The notes beneath the pieces are model-generated. The model saw only the letters and a program-made list of their open reading frames with translations, did no database searches and was not told the DNA's origin. Below are positions 13,301 to 23,800 of a DNA stretch of 64,000 bases, piece after piece. Position numbers and translations under genes: made by a program. Numbering within the stretch: the first letter of the stretch is position 1; the number at the start of each line of letters is the position of its first letter. Source of the stretch: Paragordius varius (taxonomy: Eukaryota; Animalia; Nematomorpha); assembly GCA_964247055.1 (NCBI GenBank), contig OZ176058.1, positions 4,712,001-4,776,000 of the forward strand, read 5' to 3'.

Positions 13301-16300
13301 AACAGTGATTTATAATTAAAAAAACGTGATCTAAAAAGTATGGTTGTGTTTCAAAAAAAATATGTGTCCTTATATTTTTACGTTTATATACATCTCTAAT
13401 TCATACTTGGCAATTATCAATAGAGATTTATAAAAAAAAACGAGATTCAAAAAGTATGGTTGGTTGTCTTTTAGAAAAAATATTTGTCTCTATATTTTTA
13501 CGTTTTGTCCTTCCGTATAATTTCAAATTTTACTTTTTATGTTTTGTCTCTAAATTTTACTTTTTAATTTTCCATTTATATATTATTTAAGGTTATCAAA
13601 ATGTTGGTTGTAGTCGTAACGCTTTTTGCCCTTCTTTGGATGCCTTACCGATTTCTAGTCGTTTATAATTCCTACGCACCTCCTGAAAACAAAATAACTA
13701 ATCTTTGGTTTCTACTTTATTTATCATTTATCATATATTTTATCATAGATTTTGCATTTTGAAACCATTTTTTACCAAACAAATTATTATCCCTATCTAA
13801 TGCAAATTTTATATTCATCTAAGTTTTTTCATTTTAAATGGTATACAATTTAAAGATCAAATAAAAAAAATTAACCTTTTATGAAGCAAGGTGTTAGATA
13901 TAAGAAGGGCCAGTTTAAATAAAGTATAATATTTTGTCGAATCACTTGCTAATACGGGTTTATTTTACAAAATGCTTAACATATAATTTTCTCTTATTTA
14001 TATACAGTAAAAACTAAAATTATACGGACAAAACTTAAAAATAAATTGACAAATATTTTTTTCAAAAGACATTCATACTTTTTTAAATTTTATGTATATA
14101 ATTTACAATCGTAAACTACAAAATTGATAGTGCTACCAATTTATATTTCTTTTATATATTTTGCAGTTTAAAACAATTAGATATATTTAAAAAAACCATA
14201 CATTCAAATGGTTTTCTTTTAGATAAAAATATTTGTCTTTATATTTTTACGTTTTGTCCGTATAATTTCAATTTTTATTGTATATTTTATGTTGGTTTTG
14301 AGACAACTTTCCTGAAATCGTGTATTATATTTTCCAAAAGTCGGGCCATTTTTAATAGTATATAGGGCGGACACGACGTAAAAAATTGTAAAAATGGAAA
14401 AAACTTAAAAAAATGTATTTAAAATAATTTTTTGGGGAAACAGGTTAGCCCCATTCTAATTTACTTAACATAGGAGCTCCATTTTTCCATTAGAAATTTA
14501 TAAAATAATAACTGAATAAATAATTTATAATTTTTTATCTACTATAAAAAACGCATGTGTGTATTATACCCATCCTAATAGCCTATATGACAGGCTCGAC
14601 GCTTGCGTAGAAATCTCTTCGAATTTGAGTTTTGAACAACACCTTGGCTTGGATTTAACCAGTTCGAATGCTCCATGTTTCCAGGAGTTATTGTTATCTA
14701 GGAGAGTGAAACTATGATATTGTGAAATAGTAGCCATCTTCTCTTTTTATAATATATCCCTGCGGTTACCCCTTACTCAACTCAGTTTTTTATGTAAATA
14801 GAAGTTGATTGGGTCAAAATTCGCGACAAGGCTTTACTTAATGTTCTATACATATGGTCGAGGTCGACTTTACCCACCAGATAGAGTTGTTAACCTGATT
14901 TTAAAGAAGTTCTTTCAACGACGTTGGAAACTTATTCTGTAGGATTAAACACCGGATGTGCTTAATATAAAGTTTTTCTTTTGAATTTTTTGTCCGAAGT
15001 AGCTGGCATTATCAGTTACGATTTGACATGTAAATCCATACTAGCCAAATGCTTTCCAGGCAGTTTGGAATGAAAACGAATACACTTTGTGGACATCCAA
15101 TTGATAGTTAACAAGTAGTAACTATCGACTAGGCAAGAAATATCTATATGAAACCGCTCCCATGTCATGTAAATATTTCACCTATAGGGTAGATTTTTGG
15201 AGGTAGGTTGGATATGCCTTGCAATTCTCTACCCATCGGGCGAGATCGTTATCTATCTCATTGATACTGAACTGCGGTCATTTAGACAAGGTAGATTATG
15301 GCAGGTTAACTCGAGGTTTTAGATCTTCCCCTTCCCAATTATTTGTTGTTAGCGCCATTTTTACTTTGTTTAGAAGTTGCCTTTATGGTAGTTTTACTGT
15401 TTCTTTTTAGCTACAAAATCATCCCCTTCATAAACGTTGATAAAGAGTGGTAATCTGGATAAAGGGTCAGCCAAATTTCTTTCATCATCTTTATATTTCT
15501 CTCGAATGGACTATATATCCACTTTTGTAAAAATCAAAATTATACGGACAAAAATAAAAATATAAAGACAAATGTTTTTATTAAAAAGACAACCATACTT
15601 TTTTAGACCTTAATTTTTACCATAGAAGCTATTTAATTACATTTGTAAATAAAGAATCGATTGTGTTAGTTATATATATCTTTATTTCAGACTTTGCCAT
15701 TTAAAACAATGAGCTATATTGAAATAAATTAAGATTTAAAAAGTATGGTTGCCTTTTAAAAAAAATATTTGTTTTTATATTTTTACGTTTTGTCCGTATA
15801 ATTTCAGTTTTTATTGCAATATACAATTAATGAAACTAATATCTTTTTTTCCTTCCAAAAGTCATCTAGGGTTCATATCGTTTATTAAAAGCCATAAGTA
15901 TGTAGAATTAGATTTATTATATACGACTTTTCTGTTACCGCATTTGTTTAGCTTAGCTAAATGGCATATTTAATCAATTTTATCGCTCTTACAGGTACAA
16001 ACTGTTTTGTCGCCTCATGGTTTTCATCAATAATGCCATGAACCCATTTCTGTACAGCGCTTTGTCTGTTAAATATCGTCGAGCTTTCCGTAAATTCTGT
16101 CGATTCCATTTGTTGTGTGGAACGCAATATTTGTGGCCTTTCCCTTGGAAAAAACTTGGACGCAAAGATGGGAGCACCCTATCAAAATCCATAACATTTC
16201 GAACAGGTAGGTGATATTTTTTAAAGTTTGCACTATTGTATATTATATTAGTTTAGAGTAAAACATAAAATTATTTACTAAAGAATGTGTTTTTAAATCT

Positions 16301-18038
16301 AGATCTTCAAGTAGTCTGCGCTTAACAGTAAAAATTAACTATTATACAGACAAAACGTAAAAATAATTAGATAAATATTTTTTCAACCTTGCTTTTTAAA
16401 AATTAAAATAAACTTTGAAATTATACGGACAAAACGTAAAAATATAAAGACAAATAATTTTATCTGAAAGATAACCACACTTATAACCTTAATTTTTCTT
16501 ATAGAAGCTATTTAGTTATTGTAAAATGTAGAATCGAATGTGGTATTTCTATGTATCTATATTTCACACTTTGCCATTTAAAAAATGATTTATATTGCAA
16601 TAAATTATGATTTAAAAGTATGGTTGTTTAGAAAAACATGTTTCTTTATATTTTCACGTTTTGTCCGTATAACTTTAATTTGTACTCTAAAGTTAAATAC
16701 AACTAATTGAATGCAAAGTATAAAACAAAGATATGAATCTGTAATAACAACTTTAAACTTAACTATTGCAATTAAATAGCTTATATAATTAATTTAGGTT
16801 TTACAACGTGTGTTTGTCTTTTGAACCCCGTTTTTTTTATTTTTTATAGTTTTGTCCTTAACAAATAAAAATGTTTTTTAGATGTGGATTTTTCAAGGAA
16901 ACGCCTTCCCTCCACATTCTTTCGCGAGGACAGCAAATTCAATAATGGTGACGAAGAAGAGATGGACAGTTTCTTAGAGTCGGAATATCTCCAGTCTGTG
17001 CGACAAAACCGCAAATCTGCCAATATCTGGAAGACAAACAAACAAGGAGAAACAAGCGATTTAAACTCCACCGCCATAGATAATAATGTGGCGAGGAGAC
17101 CAAAATTAGATTCTCCCATAAAACCAATTCTGAAAAATGCTGCCCTAAAAACTAACACCATGTATTTGAATGTTGACGACTCAATCGGTCGTCCCTCCTT
17201 TAAGGGTGGTGGTGTTAAGAAGGGACCATTCTCTCGACAAATCTCAAGACTAGAATCTGCGTCTCATTACGACGATATTTGGAAATTACAGGAAAGGCCT
17301 TCAACTTCATCTGGGCTATTTAAAACACATAGCGCTTACCAGCTAGAAGAACCTTTAATACAACCCCACCCTTATGAAGATGTTTACAACAATACAGAAC
17401 AAGAAATCAAATTATACAAAAAGAATCAACCAGCAGTATTAGATAGAGCTTTGATGATGACAGATTTCAGGAAATTACCTGAAACTTATATATCTTGTTT
17501 TTTCAAAAACAACAACACAAACAAAAGCCAAAACAACATTCCCTCACCTATACCAAGGAGTAGTCCTTTCAAAAGTAGTTTGCCTTCTTCCTACAAAACT
17601 CCAGCTACAGGAGTTGGTATTTGGCAAAAACGTATGGATTTACCCAACAGCAATGTATCAAATAAGGAATCATCTAGTCAACCAGAAAAAGAACCTGCCT
17701 TACTTTTTACGAATGCCGCCATGATCAAAGAAATTCTTAACAGCAGCAATAATTCTTCAGACGAAGAAGAAAAGTGGAATTATGATTTTTACTCATCAGC
17801 AGCTGGTCCGTCTCATGATTCTGATACACATTGTTTGATTCAAATGCAAGAAGGAGATGATTGGCAAAATTTACCTCAAAGAGGGAAAACAAAAACCATT
17901 TCACCGTCTTTAACTAATAATAATAAGCAAATAAGCAATATAAAATATTCTCCGAGCATGTCTTTTGCCGACACAGTTTGGGTCAAACGGGTCTTGTTAA
18001 ATGGACGCCTAAGCGTTTCACTCGAAAGTCGTCTCTAA
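3223..18038 (+). CDS. TRHR: Thyrotropin-releasing hormone receptor-like class A GPCR, ~1,338 aa (whole gene)
   Basis: Exons 3223-4316, 5299(or 5296)-6541, 10266-10460, 13592-13707, 15995-16206, 16882-18038. All are GT-AG with matching phases and sum to 4017 nt. Motifs: GLMGN (TM1), SLAVAD (TM2), QYLSINASA and ERY (TM3), CSYVISR..Y..D..VFY.LP (ECL2/TM5), Q|VIKMLVVVVTLFALLWMPYR (TM6), FCR...NPFLY (TM7). These closely follow vertebrate TRHR. Confidence 0.9.
5299..6541 (+). CDS. TRHR: TRHR-like exon 2 (rest of ECL2, TM5, ICL3)
   Basis: ORF 5201-6550 frame; TAGTAG acceptor 5293-5298; TM5 YYMTDLIVFYALPLIISFICYGLIIRILF; donor CAT|GTAAGT at 6542. Confidence 0.88.
9075..9460 (+). CDS. Candidate additional ICL3 exon of the TRHR-like gene (3' end uncertain)
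   Basis: TTAG|AAT phase-0 acceptor in frame with ORF 9153-9536; low-complexity N/K/S-rich composition like ICL3. No strong phase-0 donor was found. Confidence 0.4.
10266..10460 (+). CDS. TRHR: TRHR-like ICL3 exon ending ...KLRTKMQ
   Basis: CAG|AAT acceptor, 195 nt open, CAA|GTCAGT donor. It yields Q|VIKML, matching TRHR Q-VTKML. Confidence 0.75.
10927..11098. mobile_element. Short palindromic Tc1/mariner-like MITE (CAGTAGC..GCTACTG, TA flanks)
   Basis: TA|CAGTAGCGTATGGCATAAAAC ... GTTTTATGCCATATGCTACTG|TA; second copy at 20338-20510. Confidence 0.75.
12005..12343. mobile_element. MITE family 2 with subterminal ~20-bp repeats (CAATTCAAATTCACCCTT)
   Basis: TIR TATACCATTTACA..TTCACCC / GGGTGAATTTGAATTGTAAATGGTATA. 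Copies at ~26033-26326, 28682-29012, 29722-30014 and 40195-40388; fragment at 2878-3040. Confidence 0.7.
12820..13560. repeat. Tandem array derived from the right half of MITE family 1
   Basis: About six degenerate units of AAAAGTATGGTTGTCTTTTAGAAAAAATATTTGTCTTTATATTTTTAC...CATACTTGGCAATTATCAACAG. Confidence 0.75.
13592..13707 (+). CDS. TRHR: TRHR-like TM6-ECL3 exon
   Basis: AAG|GTT; translates VIKMLVVVVTLFALLWMPYRFLVVYNSYAPPENKITNL(W). Not in the ORF track. Confidence 0.9.
14600..15500 (-). mobile_element. Decayed Ty3/gypsy LTR-retrotransposon integrase relic in a GPCR intron
   Basis: Minus-strand fragments EIDNDLARWVENCKAYP (zinc-binding region), TWERFHID, YGFTCQIVTDNASYF and NVVERT, with many stops and frameshifts. 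Confidence 0.8.
15995..16206 (+). CDS. TRHR: TRHR-like TM7/helix-8 exon
   Basis: CAG|G; YKLFCRLMVFINNAMNPFLYSALSVKYRRAFRKFC; donor G|GTAGGT at 16207. Confidence 0.9.
16882..18038 (+). CDS. TRHR: TRHR-like terminal exon (385-aa tail)
   Basis: TTTTAG|AT completes the phase-1 codon (G+AT=Asp) from the TM7 exon; ORF 16884-18038. Confidence 0.8.
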
Positions 18039-18387
18039 TCAATGACAATATTAATATTTGTTATATGAAAATTTAGTTTATAATAATTACGATGATATTA
18101 ATACTAAAATGGAAATAAATCAAATATGTATATATATATATATATATGCAGATGTAAAATAAAATTATTTTTTTTCGTTAATTGGGTATGAATATTTGGT
18201 AAAGAATGGAAAAAACAAGACTAACAATATTGGGCTCTTTTCTATAACAAATAAAAATATAATTCTTATACTTTTTGATGAATATGATATTGTTAATACC
18301 ATAGAGCTATTGTTTTTTTCCATTCTTTACCAAATATTTATACCCATTTAACAAAAAAAAATATTTTTTTGATAAAATAAAGGATAC

Positions 18388-18390
<3 letters not shown>

Positions 18391-18427
<37 letters not shown>
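18391..18427. repeat. (TA)n microsatellite
   Basis: Uninterrupted TA run; shorter runs near 1505, 9051 and 49184. Confidence 0.95.
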
Positions 18428-18435
<8 letters not shown>

Positions 18436-19339
18436 ATTTTACATTGACATTCTTTTATTTATAGATAAATTATGTCATTAATATTGTACAATAAAAATAC
18501 GGGTAAATTTTTAAGTAGATCCATAGCCAGTAGTAATCACCCAATGTAAAGTGTGAAGCCCTTAGTATAAATCCTTATTATAATAAGCTGCTTTTCATAA
18601 TAAGTCCATCTTCAAAAGCCAAACTATACATTTAATTCATACAGTAAAACTGAAATTATACGAACAAAACTTAAAAATATAAAGACAAATATTTTTATCT
18701 AAAAGACAATCATACTTTTACAAAACCTTAATTGTTTTAGATAAGCGATTTAATTACATTTGTTGTATATAAAATTGATTATACTAATATACATATCAAT
18801 TTTATAATTTGCAATTTGACACAATGAGTTATATTTTAAAAAATTGAGTTTAAAAAGTATGGTTTTCTTTTAGAAAAAAATATTTGTCTTTATATTCACC
18901 TTTTGTCCGTATAATTCCAATTTTTCTTGTAAAACAAATTTTAATTTCAAAAGAATCCCCTGTACTTTGTTAAACCTAGTTTTTTTTTAAATAAAACTCA
19001 TTTTTTCAAATGTAAAGTAAGAGGTTTATTGAGGATACAATAAATTATGTGATTTTAAATCCAAGGGTAAAAATGTATAATCCAAAAAGATATTTGTAAT
19101 TATCTTTTTACATTTCTGTCTTGTATTATTTCAATTTTTAAATTTGATAATTTTTTCTGCAAAATAAACCCGACCTTTAATAATGACAGGTTAAAAATCA
19201 TGCATCTTTTCTATCGGGCTCTTATGAGGAGGTTTTTAAAAAGGTAAAATCTCTATAAAAAATAATTATTTAAAAGACAACCATACTTTTTTAAACCAAG
19301 AGTTGCTCACCAAAAAACTTTTAAAGGTCCGAAAAAATA

Positions 19340-19623
19340 CAGTAAAAATTGAAATTATACGGAAAAAACGTAAAAATATAAAGAAATGTTTCTATTAAAA
19401 GAACGTTACTTTTTAAATCTTGATTTTTCAAATATAACTCATTGTTTTAAACTGCAAAATATAAATTAGATATTTTGGTAAATAATAAATTAAATTATAT
19501 TTTAGGCTTGTTATTAAGTATTTTACTCGGATTTATTTAGGTTTTAAAAACTATGGTTGTTTTTTGGAAAAAAAATTGTCTTTATATTTTTAACTCTTGT
19601 CCGTATAATTTTAATTTTTACTG
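19340..19623. mobile_element. MITE family 1 (Tc1/mariner-like, ~270-300 bp, ~80-bp TIRs, TA TSD)
   Basis: TA|CAGTAAAAATTGAAATTATACGGA..AAACGTAAAAATATAAAG ... TGTCCGTATAATT..AATTTTTACTG|TA. The paralogous site near 2818 is empty. Other copies: ~7323-7600, 10601-10897, 14005-14280, 18642-18929, 26622-26902, 29176-29445, 36867-37139, 60720-61000 and many partials. Confidence 0.9.
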
Positions 19624-20851
19624 TATTTATCTTGTCTCAAATGTCCGTGCATCATATAATACCGATAAAAATATCATAGCTGTATATATCTATATATCCA
19701 AAGTTAGTACATTTAAAATATTAAAACAATTAAGGGGCATAAAAATGCAGTGACTGACCTAAATATATGTCATAATTCTTTGGTTAGCTAAGCCAACTCA
19801 AAATGATTAAAATTCTCAGGTTTAAGTTTTCCATTAAAAATATATACCTCTTTTACTTTATTAATTTAATCAATCAGTATTAAGTTTCATGATTACAAAA
19901 TACATTGATTTACTATTAAATGAAATTTAGTTAAAAATAATTTGCGTCCTAAAACAAATATCTTATCTTAAGTTTTAGAAAATCCATTCATCCTTTTTTT
20001 AATATAAATGACCCTGAGTTGGCAAACATAAAGACAAAAGACTAGTCATATAATATTTCGAGTATTTTTGTCATATGAGTGAAATTAAGGTTTTAAGATT
20101 TAAGATAGTAATTATATAGGAATTATTCAAGTCTTTAAACCAAAAACTAATTGAGAGTATTACCTTACCTTTTAAGGACTCAATATCGTATAAGTGAACA
20201 ATAGTTTACTGTAGTTTATCATTAAAAATAAGGTATATTTTATACAATTGAGGAGTGTTTATGTTTCATTATACCTTATTTTTACCTATAAGCTATAGTT
20301 TGATAGATGATCCCTTATTGTCGACATATAATATATACAGTAGCGTATGGTATAAAACATTATTAGTCCATAAAAGAATTAAAAAATGTTTTTTTTTAAA
20401 AAGGCAAGCCTAGGTGCATATATACATATCCATAATGTCCCCTTGTATTTCAAAAAAAAATCATTTTTTTTCTTTTATGGACTAATATTGTTTAATGTCA
20501 TACGGTACTGTAATATAATTAAGTTTAAATACTATGCTGTTTTTATTAAATCGATTAAAAGATTATAGTTTTTGTTAAAAATTATAAAGTTCATAAGTTT
20601 ATGTTTATACTTTTTTTTTAAAAAAAATCGATCAAAACCACTTGATGAAATATAAATGACAATAAGGGGACATCTCAATTCAAATTTAACAAAAGAAAAA
20701 TTTAAGATTATTAGAATAACAGTATAAGCAAGTTATTAAACAAAGAGGTATACATTAATGAAAGGATATTTTTTTCAAAGAAATATATATATAAGAATAA
20801 AATTAAACATATTTTAGTTTTATAATTTTACTTTTAACAATTTTTTTCGAC

Positions 20852-23800
20852 ATGAAATTCTGCTTATTCTTAGCAACAATCTTTCTGCTATACACCCGGA
20901 GTAATGCATGGTTCTATGCATATGAACCACATCACGAAAAAACTGAAGGCTTAATTCGCCCCCAAGATGAAAATAAAGTTGCTCAAACTAAAAATCTCGC
21001 CCAAAATCAAACGACAGTCAAACAGCCTATAACTCATCTTCATAATAAAACGGAAAAAAAGTAAAATTCTTTTTTTGTTTAATTTAACATCTATTTTTTT
21101 GTCAATCTCTCAATTTTAAAAAGACAAAAAATTTTTTCACAACAGATCGCGTCATACATTTTTGAACGGTAACGTTTCCCAGATATAATTACATTTTGAA
21201 ATGATATAAGTAGGTCTATTAACTACCTGTCTTCTCTATATCCAGAGTTATAGATAAGCCTGTTTAATTACGATTGTTTTGATTGTGTGTATTTTAGAGA
21301 AATTGGTCAAAAGGAGCAGTCATTGGCAACTAACCGTATATCTCAGAAAACAAAAAATGCCGAAAACAAAGGGAAGGAAACTGTCAAACAACTTCAACAA
21401 AGTCCGACAGAACCAGAAAAACTAATTAAAAAAGCTGATGATATCACAAACGAAGAAAGAAAAGCAAAGCGTAACAAAAAAGACCAAGTTATCGATACAA
21501 AAATATGGGCTAAAGATATCCCTGATAAAATTCTTCCAATAGTTAAAACAACTTTGATTAAGCATCAGCCTACAAATATCACTGAAACTGAAGAGAAAAA
21601 AGATAAAATCAAACATCAACATGTACCCGAATCAACAAGTGATTTCAAAAAAGTGAAATATTTCAAATTTTTATTACCCCATTTTACGAATTATGCTATA
21701 ATTTTTTGAATTTTTGCATGTAGAAATTGAATGTTAAAGCTTTGCCAAGAATTGCTCCCGCATCTCAAGCGCACCATACCAAAACAAAAACTTATCAACA
21801 CCCTTGGTAAATTTTTTAGATAATTTTTTATACAGTATGAGTAACTATACATTGATAGAAATTTATTAATTATTGCCAAATAGTAAATACAAGGTCAGTA
21901 TTATTGGTATAATTATTTTTTTTACTTTTAACTATTAGAAGCCAATAATACTGCCTATTTGGCAATAATTATTAACTTTCTAGCAATGTTGTATACTTAC
22001 TCATACTGTATTTATAACGTGTGCAAACGAAAAAATTTTATTTTCATGACATAGCTTATGATCAGTGAATTCATTTGCCGAAAAAATTATTATTTGTTGA
22101 CAACCTAGTTTTTGAATGCATACTACACTACGTGCAAAAAAATTAGAAAGAAAACTTTTTGCCTGATTTCGATTTTCTCTCAATATTGGTTGCTTATTTC
22201 ATACACTATAGAGTTGAGCAAATCGCAACACAGTAAGTAGTGTATGAAAAATAGGAAAAAAATGGTTTTTTAACATTTTTTTGTTTTTTTGTATACACTA
22301 CTGATGTGTTGCAAATTGCCCAACTATAGCGTGATATAAGCAACCATTTAAATAATTATTTATAATTACACAAGCAAAACATATTTTTAATTAAATACAA
22401 CATTTTTGCTCCTTTTTTATATGACACATATGAAAATTATGTGATATATTAAATTTAACGTAGTACCAATTAAGACTTAATTTTCGCAACTAAAATACCT
22501 AATTACAATAAAATCGGTTTTAAAATTTATACGGGTATCCTGATTGTCTTTTAATTTTTACGTTTTATCTTTATAATTTAAATATTAATATAATTGGGTT
22601 AACGATTAACATCTTAAATTTTTTTCGCAACCCAAAACATTAGCTTTCTGAAAATCTAGGTTTTAAAATATGGTTGTTTTTTTAATTATATTTTGTCTTT
22701 ATATTTCAATTTTTACTGATATTTTACTGTACTTTTACCGTAAAAATTAAAATACGGACAAAACCTAAAAACTAACAGATAAATATATTAAAAAAAACCA
22801 ACCATCATTTTTTATATCTTAATTCCTTTTAAATCTATAAAATTACACATTTTTTTGGGTGCCTTACTATTTAATACTATTACCATATTTCGGAGTTTAA
22901 ACAGTAGTAATTTATTACTTAAAATTGTGTGGGTAACGACGAAAGGTTTTTAAATAAGATTCGTTTTAAAGAAGTGAATAATGTAGGAAATAGAAATAAA
23001 ATTATTAAGAACTCAAAATTTTGCTTAATTTTTATAAAATTTTAAGCTTAGTATGCCATTGGGCGAAAATTTGAGTTTTAAATGAATTTATTTTTATTTC
23101 CTACATTATTCAGGTCGTTAAAACGAATCTTATTTAATTTAAAATGCCAAAGTTAAAAATTTTGCGTTTTGTCTATATTTTATCGTATTATTAAATACTA
23201 TTTTAGGCATAAACATCAACCCCTGCCCGAAAATATTGATTTCGAAAATGAGCCCTTTAACGATGAGTCAGCTTCCTTCTACGCTGAAAAAGAATCCATG
23301 AGAATTCCTTTCGTTGGAGCTGCTTTGAGATTTTTCGCCTCTATGTACAATGATAAACATGATTACACACTTGAAAAGTTTATAATAAATTTCTACTTTT
23401 TCACAAATAACTCTTATACTTTTTTACAAATATCTTTTATACTTTTTAAATTAATTTAAAAAGTAACAAAATTTCAGTTAAGGCATGAATTAGAATCAAT
23501 CGTCAGAAATACACGGTGTCCAGATTTAATGATTTTAAACTGGCCTTTACTGTTAGTTTATTGAAACTTATTTTTGATTTTGCACATTAGTTACCAAACC
23601 TCTTTAAACCAATCTCTATTGTAAGAAGAAATATATAGTTTAAAACAGAGATGTCCAACACGAATGGTTTTGTGGGCCTATTAAATTCAAAACAGAACAG
23701 GCCGCATTTAAGCTATATATATAAATATATATATAGGGATGATTAAAAAATATTATATTTCAAGTATAAGATTCTAAACAGCAAAAACAATATAACATTA

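Noticed and set aside
18027-18038. C-terminal SRL as a peroxisomal PTS1 signal
   Set aside because: It ends a multi-pass GPCR; a PDZ ligand is the more plausible reading.
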